Assembly: GCA_018003035.1 (NCBI GenBank)
Contig: JAGNEX010000002.1
Span: forward strand, 477 to 64,476
Length of the DNA: 64,000 bases
Reading direction: 5' to 3'
DNA from: Acidimicrobiia bacterium
GTDB lineage: Bacteria > Actinomycetota > Acidimicrobiia > IMCC26256 > JAGNEX01
Positions 9,473 to 19,523 of this stretch are shown here, piece by piece; within the stretch, counting starts at the first letter, position 1; each line of letters begins with the position of its first letter. The position numbers and the translations under genes are program-made. Under the pieces are notes generated by a model. The model saw only the letters and a list, made by a program, of their open reading frames with translations. It did not search any database and had not been told where the DNA came from.

Positions 9473-10072
9473 CTACTGCAAGTAGCGGTCCGGGATGGGC
9501 AACGTTGCATAGCTCTCGAAGTTGATGTCGACGGGGTTGGCACGCTGACGCAGGTTGGTGCAGGTCGCAGCACTCCCCAGCAGGGCGCAGTTCTCGGGGT
9601 AGGCAACCGCGTGGAGCCAAACCTCGGCGCTGAGATCGGCGATCCAGCCCCACACATCGGTTTCGGTTCCGCCCGCAACCGTTCCGTAGCAACTCGCTAG
9701 CCGCGCTGCGACATATGCGGGAGCCACGCGGGCGGTGAAGCGCCCCCATTTAGTAAGCGTCACCGACAGGTACGACCCATTGGCGGTTACCGAACTGAAC
9801 AGACCGGTCGAACACGGCTCGTTAGTGGGCAGGTCGGCGGTTGAAAGTCCACGAGGCAGCGCCAGCTGATGGTGAGGATCCAATGACCCGCCCGCGTTGT
9901 CGCGACCTGAAGCGGCTCCTGCAGCGGTCGGTCCAACGAACAGCGTCGCAAGTACAAGCGCTGCGGCAAGCCAGGCGACGATCGGTGATCGCCGGCCAGG
10001 GTCGATGCGGGCGTCGACCGCTGTCTCCGATCCTTGGTGGAACCGGCTGGTCGGGTGGTCTAAAAGTGCCAT
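9473..10072 (-). CDS. hypothetical exported/membrane-anchored protein (4 Cys)
   Basis: It has an N-terminal hydrophobic segment IVAWLAAALVLATLFVGPTAAGAAS and no recognisable family. It overlaps the menB stop by 13 nt, which suggests co-transcription. Confidence 0.5.
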   Translation of the reverse strand: MALLDHPTSRFHQGSETAVDARIDPGRRSPIVAWLAAALVLATLFVGPTAAGAASGRDNAGGSLDPHHQLALPRGLSTADLPTNEPCSTGLFSSVTANGSYLSVTLTKWGRFTARVAPAYVAARLASCYGTVAGGTETDVWGWIADLSAEVWLHAVAYPENCALLGSAATCTNLRQRANPVDINFESYATLPIPDRYLQ

Positions 10073-10965
10073 GGGAACCCCGAAAAATCTTTGGGTCGCT
10101 TCTGCAAGAACGCGTCGCGACCCTCCTGTGCTTCGTCAGTCATATACGCCAGACGGGTCGCTTCGCCAGCGAAAAGCTGTTGTCCCACCAAACCGTCGTC
10201 GATCAGGTTGAACGCAAACTTCAGCATTCGCTGCGCCGTCGGCGATTTCGCGTTGATTTCGGCCGCCCAATTGAGCGCTTCGCTCTCGAGAGCTTGATGG
10301 GGGACCGCCGCGTTCACCATCCCCATCTCGAAGGCTTCTTGAGCGGTGTAGTCCCGTCCCAAGAAGAAGATCTCTCGAGCGCGTTTCTGGCCAACCTGCC
10401 GGGCTAGATATGCCGAGCCAAAGCCACCATCAAAGCTGGCGACGTCGGCGTCGGTCTGCTTAAAGACGGCATGTTCGGCCGATGCCAGGGTGAGGTCGCA
10501 CACGACGTGGAGCGAATGGCCTCCTCCGACTGCCCACCCGGGAACGACCGCTATGACCACCTTGGGCATGAATCGGATCATCCGTTGGCATTCGAGGATG
10601 TGCAGCCGTCCGGTCCGCGCCGGGTCGATGGACGTGGCGTCGACCCCTTCGGCGTACTTGTACCCGTCGCGCCCGCGAATGCGCTGGTCCCCGCCCGAAC
10701 AGAACGCCCATCCGCCGTCCTTGGGGGACGGTCCGTTGCCCGTCAGCAGGACGCAGCCGACGTCTGGGGTCTGTCGAGCATCGTCGAGCGCCCGGTACAA
10801 CTCGTCGACCGTGCGCGGACGGAACGCGTTGCGGACCTCCGGTCGATTGAACGCGATGCGGACCGTTCCTTGGTCGACGGCCCGGTGATAGGTGATGTCT
10901 TCGAAGTCAAAGCCCGGAACTTCGGTCCATCGGGTGGGGTCAAATAGCTCAGAAATCATGGTCAT
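10060..10965 (-). CDS. menB: 1,4-dihydroxy-2-naphthoyl-CoA synthase
   Basis: Crotonase fold with MenB-specific strings: FEDITYHRAVDQGTVRIAFNRPEVRNAFRP, AFCSGGDQRIRG and FLQKRPKDFSGFPW. The start is taken at MTMISELF (ATG 10965). The track ORF extends to 11031. Confidence 0.9.
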   Translation of the reverse strand: MTMISELFDPTRWTEVPGFDFEDITYHRAVDQGTVRIAFNRPEVRNAFRPRTVDELYRALDDARQTPDVGCVLLTGNGPSPKDGGWAFCSGGDQRIRGRDGYKYAEGVDATSIDPARTGRLHILECQRMIRFMPKVVIAVVPGWAVGGGHSLHVVCDLTLASAEHAVFKQTDADVASFDGGFGSAYLARQVGQKRAREIFFLGRDYTAQEAFEMGMVNAAVPHQALESEALNWAAEINAKSPTAQRMLKFAFNLIDDGLVGQQLFAGEATRLAYMTDEAQEGRDAFLQKRPKDFSGFPWHF

Positions 10966-11114
10966 GGCCCTCTGGAAAGGTCGGTTCGCAACGGGTGAGC
11001 CACCAGCGGCTGCACGCGCTGATGTTGCCACGGAGCCCCGCCCACCCCAGGACCGACCGCTTAGCCCCGAGCAGGTCTAAACGCTCAGATCCATCGGTTG
11101 GTTAGGATGCAACA

Positions 11115-11723
11115 ATGTTCCCAAGGCATTTGCTTAACGATGGCGAAGAAGTGTTCGTAGAGATGAACCCCCATTGGTGGTACTTCTCTCGCCAAGTTCT
11201 TTCGCTCGTACCGCTGATCACCCTGTTCGTGTTCGCGGTGATGTGGGGAAACACCTGGGGTTATTACGTCTGGGCCGCTTTGGCGGTGGCCTGGTTCGTC
11301 TGGGCGCTGCGCCAGTACTTCATGTGGCAGAGCACCACGTTTGTCGTCACCAGCGACCGACTGGTCAGCCGCCACGGGCTGCTCTCCAAGAAGTCGATGG
11401 ACATCCCCCTTGAATCCATCAACTCGATCAACGTGAACCAGACGTTGGGGGAGCGTTTGCTGAGCGCTGGCGACCTCGTCGTCGAGTCCGCGTCAACCGA
11501 CGGTAAACAGCGATTCAGCAACATTTCTGAACCCGAACAGGTCGCCCAAGAAATCAATCGCCAGCGGGAACTGAACCAGCGGCGCGGCAGCACTCCCCTC
11601 CAGGGAGGACATGGCCATTCCATCCCCGCGCAGCTCGAAGCCCTCGTTCGGCTCCACGAAAAAGGGCGGATTTCCGACGACGAGTACAACGAGAAGCGCC
11701 AAAAGCTGCTCGACCAGATGTAG
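11115..11723 (+). CDS. bacterial PH-domain (bPH_2/YdbS-like) membrane protein with C-terminal SHOCT-like motif
   Basis: Two TM helices are followed by TFVVTSDRLVSRHGLLSKKSMDIPLESINSINVNQTLGERLL (bPH_2 pattern). The tail is LEALVRLHEKGRISDDEYNEKRQKLL (SHOCT pattern). Confidence 0.7.
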   Translation: MFPRHLLNDGEEVFVEMNPHWWYFSRQVLSLVPLITLFVFAVMWGNTWGYYVWAALAVAWFVWALRQYFMWQSTTFVVTSDRLVSRHGLLSKKSMDIPLESINSINVNQTLGERLLSAGDLVVESASTDGKQRFSNISEPEQVAQEINRQRELNQRRGSTPLQGGHGHSIPAQLEALVRLHEKGRISDDEYNEKRQKLLDQM

Positions 11724-11813
11724 CGAGAGCTTCGGCGGTACTTGTTCGGGACCTCCGCTGGCTCTCATGCGATCCACCAGGCCTCCGGCCTGACTGCACC
11801 CGCATTGCAGCGT

Positions 11814-13046
11814 TTATGTGCGGGGCTTCATCGGATCAAAGCTTCGGGCGCCGTCGGCCCCCAAGACAGGCCAGACCTGGGCGAGTCGGCCGTGGGCAGC
11901 TTCGTAACCCGCCACCGCGCTCAGCGTGACCATCTGGACCTGTGACAGGCCGCCTTCGATGAGGGCAACAACCGCGCCACCAAAGCCAGCACCCGTAATG
12001 CGGGCGGCCAACGCTCCGCTCGACAGCAGCCGATCGACCAGATCATCGATCTCGGGCGTCGACACGCAGTAGTCGTCCCGCAATGATTCGTGGGATGCCT
12101 GCATCAGGGCCGCCAACCGCATGACGTTGCCACGTTCCAGAGCGTCGGCGGCGCTTGCGACCCTTGCGTTTTCAGACACCACGTGGTGGGCGATGGGATC
12201 GTCGTTGACGTGTTCGGTGGTGGCTTCGCGAAGCGACTCCACCCCGAGCCGTGCCGCGGCCTCTGCGCAACGTTGCTGGCGGTCGGCGTAGCTCGAATCT
12301 TCCAGGTTGCGTGAGACGCCCGAGTCGATCACTGCGAAGCTGAGGCCGGTCGGAATGGGTATCGGCCTGCTCGTTTCGGTCTTGCAGTCAAGCAGCAACG
12401 CGTAGCCATCCATGCCGTAGGTGATGGCGTACGGGTCGAGGATGCCCACCGGAAGGCCTCGCGCCCGCTGTTCGGCTGCCTGCGCGATGTGCACGATCTG
12501 CGATTTCGAAAGCTCTGCGCCGAAAGCCTGCGCCATCGCCAGGGTGATACCAACCGAAAACGCAGCAGACGACGACAAACCTGAGCCGATCGGTACCTCT
12601 GAGGACACGATCAGGTCGACACCGCCGGTCTTGTTCAGCTCGGCGAGTTCGATCATGACGGCCTCGGCGAGCTTCCACCAAGCACCCCGAGACGTCTCGG
12701 CATCGTTACGGGCCTCGCCTTGGCTCGACTGCAACACCACGGCCGGAGGGACCGACCCATCCGGTCCGATCTCATCGATCGTTCGAATGCGTACCCGCTG
12801 ATCGTGCCGCGCTCGGTATGCGACGATGCAGTCGTAGTCAAGGGTGGTTGGCAGGCATAAGCCCTGGTTGTAGTCGGTGTGATCCCCAATCAGGTTCACA
12901 CGACCAGGTGCTCGGACCCAATTGATGAAGGTGTGCGGATCGGCCTCGGTAAGGCCGGGCTGGTCGGGACCGAAGGCGTCGAGACCTTCTTGCATAATCA
13001 AGCTTCGGATCCGGACGGTCGCCTGCGAGTTGGCACCTGTGCGCAT
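11814..13046 (-). CDS. galK: galactokinase
   Basis: Galactokinase signature GRVNLIGDHTDYNQG and GHMP-kinase motif PIGSGLSSSAAF. An alternative start is the ATG at 12995. Confidence 0.9.
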   Translation of the reverse strand: MRTGANSQATVRIRSLIMQEGLDAFGPDQPGLTEADPHTFINWVRAPGRVNLIGDHTDYNQGLCLPTTLDYDCIVAYRARHDQRVRIRTIDEIGPDGSVPPAVVLQSSQGEARNDAETSRGAWWKLAEAVMIELAELNKTGGVDLIVSSEVPIGSGLSSSAAFSVGITLAMAQAFGAELSKSQIVHIAQAAEQRARGLPVGILDPYAITYGMDGYALLLDCKTETSRPIPIPTGLSFAVIDSGVSRNLEDSSYADRQQRCAEAAARLGVESLREATTEHVNDDPIAHHVVSENARVASAADALERGNVMRLAALMQASHESLRDDYCVSTPEIDDLVDRLLSSGALAARITGAGFGGAVVALIEGGLSQVQMVTLSAVAGYEAAHGRLAQVWPVLGADGARSFDPMKPRT

Positions 13047-13050
13047 GTTG

Positions 13051-14190
13051 TTACCCCGTTTCTGTCGCAGCCAGCCTGAGCGCGTGGGCAGCGTCTTCTG
13101 GGCTGATCGGGTTGATCAATAGGTCCGAGCCAAGTTCGCCAGCAGCGACGTACCGAGGCACGCGTTCGCGTCGCCACGTTGGGACGAAGTGCAGGTGCGT
13201 GTGCACGCCCTGATGGATCCACATCATGTACGGCATCGGAGTGTCGAACAGGCTCGCATAGACGCCTGCGATCTGTCCGAGCATCTGGGCTAAGTCGCTG
13301 CGCTCGTCGCGTCCCAATGCGTCGAGATGGACGACGTGGGCTTTACAAGAAAGGCGTAGCTCAAAGGGGTAGCCGGCTGCTTCGGGGACGAACGCAACCC
13401 AGGTTCCGTTGTCCAGGACCACACGCCGGGCTTCCGCTGAGTCGGTGGTTAGCGCTTCCGCACCCAGTTCGACACAAACGGCGCATTGGTCGGCGGAACG
13501 TTCCCGTTCGACTCTCATCGCTGGAGGTTCGTCAGCGAAGGCGAAGATCTGTCCGTGGGGGTGTTCGATGGTCGCACCGACATCAGCGCCTGAGTTTTCG
13601 AAGATCAGCACGTGACCCGTGTCCGCGTTTCGGCGTAACTCGGCGGACCGTTCTGCCCAGAGGTCCACGATCTTGGCGATGTGTTCTGGCGGCAAGGACG
13701 CCATCGTCGCTTCATGGTCAGGGCTGTAGAGGACTACTTCACACGTTCCGGTGGCTGGCACGGTCGGGGTGCCGGGCAGCGAGGTATCGAAGCTGCCCCG
13801 TCGGTCGATCAAGGTAGGCCAGCGGTTGGTGAACGAACGTGTGTCATACGGTGAAGGCGACTCGCGGCCTCCAACGCAGAACGGGCAGTCGCTCGTCGGC
13901 CGGTCGGGGCGCCCCTGACGTTGCCCGGCTATCACGGTTATGCGCCCCGAGAGTCCGTCAACCCGGTAGTGAGAGCGTTCTCCCGCGGGCGCCTGTGGCT
14001 GACGTGCGGCGCGGTGGTTCTCTGGTTGGTCGGTGGCCTCGGGCGTCACCCGGGGATTGTCGCACACAGCCAGCGCCAGGCCGAGGTGTGGCCGTGGCCC
14101 GCCGGGCGGTACCGGTTTCGGAGCCTTCAGCGCAGGACGGCCCGCTGTTTCCAGAGTGTTGCTGCGGGAACAACGAGGACGGACCGCCAC
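13051..14190 (-). CDS. galT: galactose-1-phosphate uridylyltransferase
   Basis: CPFCVGG zinc motif and active-site HPHGQIFAF. It lies 4 nt upstream of galK. The N-terminal ~47 codons are Pro/Arg-rich, so a GTG at 14049 is a plausible true start. Confidence 0.88.
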   Translation of the reverse strand: MAVRPRCSRSNTLETAGRPALKAPKPVPPGGPRPHLGLALAVCDNPRVTPEATDQPENHRAARQPQAPAGERSHYRVDGLSGRITVIAGQRQGRPDRPTSDCPFCVGGRESPSPYDTRSFTNRWPTLIDRRGSFDTSLPGTPTVPATGTCEVVLYSPDHEATMASLPPEHIAKIVDLWAERSAELRRNADTGHVLIFENSGADVGATIEHPHGQIFAFADEPPAMRVERERSADQCAVCVELGAEALTTDSAEARRVVLDNGTWVAFVPEAAGYPFELRLSCKAHVVHLDALGRDERSDLAQMLGQIAGVYASLFDTPMPYMMWIHQGVHTHLHFVPTWRRERVPRYVAAGELGSDLLINPISPEDAAHALRLAATETG

Positions 14191-14214
14191 CGAGATGCCG
14201 GTAGTGTTGTCTGC

Positions 14215-15042
14215 GTGTTCAACGTCCTGCAGTCAGCCAACCTCAACGATCCACTTCTGATCGTCGCGCTTTCCGGGTGGGTGGATGCTGCGCTGGCAGG
14301 GCGAGACACTGCGCGGGTACTCAACCGTCGGCTGACCAACCGAGCCCTGATCGCCGAATGTTCTCTAGCGGACTTGGTGGACCTGTCCAGTACCCGACCT
14401 ACGGTCGAACTAGAAGACGGGGTGGTAAAGCGCACCCGTTGGCCACGCGTCCGCGTGACCGCGGGTTCGATGGGCCGAGACGTCGTCATCATGCGCGGCC
14501 CCGAGCCGGGGCTCCGTTGGCCTTCCTTTTGTGACGCTGTCGTCGAACTGGCCCACTCCCTCGACGTCGCCGAGGCGGTCACCGTTGCCGGTATGCCATC
14601 TGCAGTTACGCATCGGCGCCCGGTGCGGGTTTTCGCGACCGCAACCTCGGCCGAACTCGCTGACCGTTTGGGTCAAGTCAGAGCCGACTATGACGGCCCG
14701 ACGGGAGTTCAGACCATGGTTCAGGCGGCCCTTGGTGCCAGCGGCATTCAGACAGCGGGGCTCTGGGCGCAGGTGCCTCACTACCTGGCATCAACCCGAT
14801 CTCCCAGCGCAGTCCGTGCGCTGCTCGGCAAACTGGTTTCGCAGTACGAGTTGGCCATCGACCTAACCCCATTCGACGAGCGTGCCGAGAACTACCACAA
14901 CCAGGTGGAAGCGGCGGTGGTGCTCCGGCCCGACCTTCGAGAAGCGGTCGAGCAGCTCGAACAGGTGCCCGACGTCGAAAGTCTCCCCTCAGCAGACGAG
15001 CTCGCCAGCGAGATCGAAGAGTTTTTGCGGGGCGATAGCTAG
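14215..15042 (+). CDS. PAC2 (proteasome assembly chaperone 2-like) family protein
   Basis: LLIVALSGWVDAALAG...VVIMRGPEPGLRW...GLWAQVPHYL is the PAC2-family pattern seen in actinobacteria. The proposed start is GTG 14215. The track ORF upstream of that is Arg-rich read-through. Confidence 0.65.
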   Translation: MFNVLQSANLNDPLLIVALSGWVDAALAGRDTARVLNRRLTNRALIAECSLADLVDLSSTRPTVELEDGVVKRTRWPRVRVTAGSMGRDVVIMRGPEPGLRWPSFCDAVVELAHSLDVAEAVTVAGMPSAVTHRRPVRVFATATSAELADRLGQVRADYDGPTGVQTMVQAALGASGIQTAGLWAQVPHYLASTRSPSAVRALLGKLVSQYELAIDLTPFDERAENYHNQVEAAVVLRPDLREAVEQLEQVPDVESLPSADELASEIEEFLRGDS

Positions 15043-16517
15043 ACGAGCTCGTCCCAACGGCCGGGCGCTCCGATGGTGACTTGGGCGCCAATATGCGCGT
15101 CGCCGTCGATTCTTTGGATGATGTCTGCGTCGCGACTCATGGCGACGCTTCGTCGGCCGTCCTGCTCGACAATGGCGACGGCTCCCATCGGTGCGTCGCC
15201 CATGAAGATCACGGTCGAGGAGACGATCTGAGCTGCGCCCGTCAGATCGGCGTCGACCTGCCTGACTTCGGTCGCGGCCCGTGCAGCCTCGGTCACGTCG
15301 ACGATCGCCGGGCCGTCCGGGGCGGCCGTCGATGACCACCAGCCAAAGCCCTGTTTGGTCATCATCCCCGAGATGGCGGTGGTGATCACTTCGTTGACGG
15401 CGCCGATGCGCATGGCGGCAATACCGGCTCCAAGGGACTGCAGGCCGTGATTGTTTAGCGGTCCACCACCAAAGCTCATACCGCCGGTCAGGGTCGGCGC
15501 GGGGTCGAGGGCTACGCCGTATGCCTCAGCCTGCAACTGCACCGCAATTGGGAAGCAGCTGTACAGGTCGATGGCGTCTGCCGCGATGGCTCGCCCGGTG
15601 GACGCGGTGACGGCTTGAGCGATGGCGTCGAGCGCGGGAACCCGACTGACGTCGCCCCGGGCGGACAGGTGAACCATCAAGTTCGATTCGACGATCGCAC
15701 GTGGGTAGACGAATCGGCTTTCGTCGATGCCGGCTTCCCGGGCGGTCGACGCCCGACACAAGATGAACGCCGCTGCTTGGTCGACGTTCCATTGAGAAAC
15801 CAGCCGCTTTGTGTACGGCGTTGCGACCATGCGGTTGCCGTCGATCAGGTCGGTGATCTGTGCCGACGACCATCCCGTGTGGTCCCACGCCTGGGGGAGC
15901 ACCTTCGCCGCCTGGGCATAGCGGGCCCACAACTCACCGAGGTGCGCCGTGTGCTCTGAGTGCGTCCAGCCCTGACGCTTGGCGAAGGCCCGTTCGATCA
16001 GTGCGTACTGGTGAGCGGGGATCGCAAGGCCACGCTCAATCTCCATATTGGAGAGCACCTCAACTGCCGGGCGCCACGTTTCGTCCGGTTCGTCTCCGGG
16101 CTCGTCAGGGTGCACGTGGAAAGGAACGCCAGCGCGTTTGGCCAGGCCAAAGGCGTACTTTGCTTCGCCGGCGGCAATCAACACGGCTTTCTGGTCGCCG
16201 TCGCCTAGTTGACCGATCGCTCGTGCAAATGGCGAGGTCTGCAGGACACCCAGTTCGGCCGCGACGGTTCGGGGAGCAATGCCCAGATTGCGACTAACGA
16301 TCGCCCCGGCATCGGCGTAGGTCCAGATCCCTTTGGGGACGACCACCTCGGTGATGGCGTTCAGAAGCACTTGCGGGTTCCCGGCGCCCGAATCAGCGAG
16401 CGCGCCTCTTGCCGCCTGCGTCATGAGGCCCGCGGCGTCTTGTCCGTCGCCTCCACGAGCGACTCGCTGTGTGCGGGTCGCTGCACCGACCAAAACGACC
16501 GGGTCTGCTGTGGGCAT
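15039..16517 (-). CDS. thiolase-like protein (acetyl-CoA acetyltransferase family, long form)
   Basis: Thiolase-type C-terminal core (IDLYSCFPIAVQLQAEAYG, TGGMSFGGGPLNNHGLQSL) plus an extra C-terminal beta-rich ~90 aa. The exact activity is unknown. Confidence 0.6.
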   Translation of the reverse strand: MPTADPVVLVGAATRTQRVARGGDGQDAAGLMTQAARGALADSGAGNPQVLLNAITEVVVPKGIWTYADAGAIVSRNLGIAPRTVAAELGVLQTSPFARAIGQLGDGDQKAVLIAAGEAKYAFGLAKRAGVPFHVHPDEPGDEPDETWRPAVEVLSNMEIERGLAIPAHQYALIERAFAKRQGWTHSEHTAHLGELWARYAQAAKVLPQAWDHTGWSSAQITDLIDGNRMVATPYTKRLVSQWNVDQAAAFILCRASTAREAGIDESRFVYPRAIVESNLMVHLSARGDVSRVPALDAIAQAVTASTGRAIAADAIDLYSCFPIAVQLQAEAYGVALDPAPTLTGGMSFGGGPLNNHGLQSLGAGIAAMRIGAVNEVITTAISGMMTKQGFGWWSSTAAPDGPAIVDVTEAARAATEVRQVDADLTGAAQIVSSTVIFMGDAPMGAVAIVEQDGRRSVAMSRDADIIQRIDGDAHIGAQVTIGAPGRWDELV

Positions 16518-16631
16518 GTCATATCTCCTGGTGGCTGATGAGCTGGAGCGTTCGAAACCAGCGGATGGCGGAGCTGTCGACCACGGCGGGGGAGCACCGC
16601 GGGATCCGCCAAATGGTCCGACCGCCCCGAG

Positions 16632-17507
16632 CTAGTGGTCGGCGTGTGACACGTGTCCATCCGCGGCGAGTCGAGCAAAGATCTCTCGGGTCGCAGGGGA
16701 GCGGTTCAAGGTGTAGAAGTGCAGGCCCGGCGCGCCCCCTTCAAGCAGGGTCACACACAGCTCCGTGGCGGCGTCGATGCCGATCTGTCGGACCTCATCG
16801 GGGTCGTTGGCGGCGTGAAGGCGGTCAGCTAACGCGCTTGGGAATGCCGCCCCCGACAGTTCTGCGAAGCGGGTGACCTGTGACACGTTGGTGACGGGCA
16901 TGATGCCGGGGACCACCGGCTTGTTGACGCCCAGCTCGGCAAGTTCGTCTCGCAACGTGAAGTAGTCGTCAGCGTCGAAAAAGAACTGGGTGATCCCAAA
17001 GTCCGCGAGGGCGAGTTTCTCAGCTAAATACTTGCGGTCCGATTCGCGGTCGAGGGACCGGGGGTGCACCTCGGGATGGGCGGCGACACCGATCGAAAAA
17101 TCGCCGACCTCACGGACGAGTTCGACCAGGTCGATCGCATGTGCGAGGTCGCTGTGAACCGCGTCGGTACCTGCTGGAGGATCCCCGCCAAGCGCCAAGA
17201 TGTTTTCGACGCCAGCGTCGCGGTAGCGCGCGACGATGTCGACCAGCTCCGCGCGAGTGTGGGCGACACAGGTGAGGTGCGCCATCGGGGTCATCGAGGT
17301 GTCGTCCAAGATCGAAACGACCAGGTCATGGGTGCGGTCGCGGGTCGAGCCACCCGCGCCGTAGGTGACCGAAACAAAGCTTGGTGACAGCGACTGGAGT
17401 TCTCTGATGGTCTCGTACAGCTGGCGCTGAGACTCGTCATCCTTTGGGGGGAAGAACTCGAACGAGAACGTTGGTCCGGCTTCGAGTACGTCCGCGATTC
17501 GCGCCAC
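16632..17507 (-). CDS. metF: methylenetetrahydrofolate reductase
   Basis: FSFEFFPPK, SVTYGAGGSTR and HLTC motifs are present. The start is GTG at 17507. Confidence 0.92.
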   Translation of the reverse strand: MARIADVLEAGPTFSFEFFPPKDDESQRQLYETIRELQSLSPSFVSVTYGAGGSTRDRTHDLVVSILDDTSMTPMAHLTCVAHTRAELVDIVARYRDAGVENILALGGDPPAGTDAVHSDLAHAIDLVELVREVGDFSIGVAAHPEVHPRSLDRESDRKYLAEKLALADFGITQFFFDADDYFTLRDELAELGVNKPVVPGIMPVTNVSQVTRFAELSGAAFPSALADRLHAANDPDEVRQIGIDAATELCVTLLEGGAPGLHFYTLNRSPATREIFARLAADGHVSHADH

Positions 17508-17534
17508 TCAACTCTCCCACAGGGTTAGAAGTCG

Positions 17535-17552
17535 TCGGTTCGCTCGCGAACC
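17535..17552. promoter_or_regulatory. 8+8 inverted repeat in the metF / acyl-CoA synthetase divergent region
   Basis: cggttcgc-tc-gcgaaccg is a perfect inverted repeat 28-45 nt upstream of the metF GTG. It could be an operator or a leader hairpin. Confidence 0.3.
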
Positions 17553-17674
17553 GCACGGAATGCTGGCGTGAGGCTACCGACTTCTTTGCCCGCAATGCTG
17601 TTCGACGAAGGCTGCCAAATCAGGCGTCTAGGATCGACGGGCCAGCGTAAAGACGGACCCAAAGGGAGTACCGC

Positions 17675-19429
17675 ATGCCTGTTCGCGCACCCGAAAGCGA
17701 CGCTTTGGCCATGCTGACGGGACCTGGTGGGCCCATGGAGATCGTGACCGAAGAGGTTCTCGGCGCCCGGGTTGAGGTGTATGCCACTCGAATGAGGTCG
17801 ATGCGTGACCTCCTAGCTCTAGCTGCGGGCCACGGCGACAAGACGTTCCTGGTCTACGGCGACCGTCGGCTCACCTTTCCCGAACATGAACATCGGGCGT
17901 ACCAGATCGCCGATTTCTTGACGCAGCGTGGCCTGACCGTCGGTGACCGGGTAGCGATCCTGTCGGCTAACCACCCAGATTGGGTTGCGTCGTTTTGGGC
18001 ATGCGCGGTTCTTGGATTGGTCGCCGTTCCGCTGAACGCCTGGTGGAAGCGCGACGAGTTGGCGTTTGCCCTGGACGACGCGGGAGTCGCTGCGGTCATC
18101 TGTGACCAGCGCCGTTGGGAGGTGATCGCGCCTCTGGCCAACGCCATCGACTCTTGGCGTACCACCCTGATCATCGATGGAGACGACCTCGACGCCGAGT
18201 TCGAAGATGGTCTTGGCCTTGACTGGGTGAGTTCAGTCGATATTGCAATAGCCGCGATCACGGCGCCCCAAGTACCTGACACAGACACCGATGAGGACGA
18301 CATCGTCGGTATCTTCTACACCTCTGGAACGACCGGTCGACCCAAAGGCGCGACCGTGACTCACCGTCAGGTGCTCGCCAACCTGCAGAACCTGATGGTC
18401 GTGTCACTCTCAAACCGAGACTCCTCGGAGGCACCGCCCGAGTTGGACGCCAAGTTGCAGCCGTCCAGCCTGCTGGTGGTTCCTCTGTTCCACACGACCG
18501 GCTGCCACGCCACGATGGTCACCACGCTTGCTTCGGGCGGCAAGTTGATCTTGCTCGAACCCGGCAAGTTTGATCCTGAACGCTCGCTTGCTGTTATCCA
18601 AGACGAACAGGTCACCTCGATCGGGGGAGTTCCGACCGTCATGTCTCGAATTGTCGAGAGTCCGGTGTTTGACCAGTACGACACCTCGACCGTCAAACGA
18701 ATCTCCTACGGCGGAGCGCCGGCCAGTCCGGCGCTCGTCGAACGGATCAAAGCTGCCTTCCCACAGGTACGTAGCCAGCTGGCAACGGCCTATGGGCTCA
18801 CCGAGACCGCGTCGGTGGCGACGCTCAACACCGGTGACGACTACATCTCGCATCCGACCTCGGTCGGCCGTCCTGTACCTACCGTTCAGGTAAAGGTGGT
18901 CGGCGAAGACGGCTCGGAAGTCCCGACGGGACAGCGCGGCGAGATCTGCATCACGGGCCCGACGGTGATGTTGCGGGGTTACTGGAACAGGCCAGAAGTG
19001 AACGCCGAAGTGCTGGTCGAGGGTTGGTTCAGGACCGGAGACATCGGCGTCATCGACGACGATGGCTGGCTGTACATCGTGGACCGGGCCAAGGACATGA
19101 TCATTCGAGGTGGTGAGAACGTCTACTGCGTGGAGATCGAGAACGCGCTCGCTGAACATCCTGACGTGATCGAAGCGGCGATCGTCGGGGTGCCCGACGA
19201 CGACCTTGGCGAAGAGATCAAAGCGGTGATCCAGGTCGCGAACGACGCCGACATCGACGGCGACGCGCTCCGCGACTGGTGTGCGTCGCGGCTCGCGCCC
19301 TACAAGGTTCCTCGGATCTTTGAGTTCCGAGTCGATCCGCTCCCTCGTAACCCGTCCGGCAAGATCCTCAAGAATGAGCTTCGCGGTACCGGATCGGCCT
19401 TCGATGCCGCTGCTGATTCGGTCCTGTAG
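17675..19429 (+). CDS. AMP-dependent acyl-CoA synthetase/ligase (FadD-like)
   Basis: AMP-binding signature FYTSGTTGRPKGA, plus YGLTE, TGDIG and the C-terminal PRNPSGKILK. The start may instead be an internal Met (MLTGPGG or MEIVTEE). Confidence 0.9.
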   Translation: MPVRAPESDALAMLTGPGGPMEIVTEEVLGARVEVYATRMRSMRDLLALAAGHGDKTFLVYGDRRLTFPEHEHRAYQIADFLTQRGLTVGDRVAILSANHPDWVASFWACAVLGLVAVPLNAWWKRDELAFALDDAGVAAVICDQRRWEVIAPLANAIDSWRTTLIIDGDDLDAEFEDGLGLDWVSSVDIAIAAITAPQVPDTDTDEDDIVGIFYTSGTTGRPKGATVTHRQVLANLQNLMVVSLSNRDSSEAPPELDAKLQPSSLLVVPLFHTTGCHATMVTTLASGGKLILLEPGKFDPERSLAVIQDEQVTSIGGVPTVMSRIVESPVFDQYDTSTVKRISYGGAPASPALVERIKAAFPQVRSQLATAYGLTETASVATLNTGDDYISHPTSVGRPVPTVQVKVVGEDGSEVPTGQRGEICITGPTVMLRGYWNRPEVNAEVLVEGWFRTGDIGVIDDDGWLYIVDRAKDMIIRGGENVYCVEIENALAEHPDVIEAAIVGVPDDDLGEEIKAVIQVANDADIDGDALRDWCASRLAPYKVPRIFEFRVDPLPRNPSGKILKNELRGTGSAFDAAADSVL

Positions 19430-19523
19430 CGCGGCATCCCGGGAGCTACCGTTCTTCGATCCCCGATCGAGTGGGGATTCCGGCCCAACGGTCGGAACGC
19501 CGTCGGTGCTCGGGAGGGGCAAG

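Noticed and set aside
18410-19522. 370-aa ORF antisense to the acyl-CoA synthetase gene
   Set aside because: The sense strand carries unambiguous AMP-binding motifs. The antisense translation is Arg/Asp/Gly-rich and featureless, so it is a high-GC artefact.
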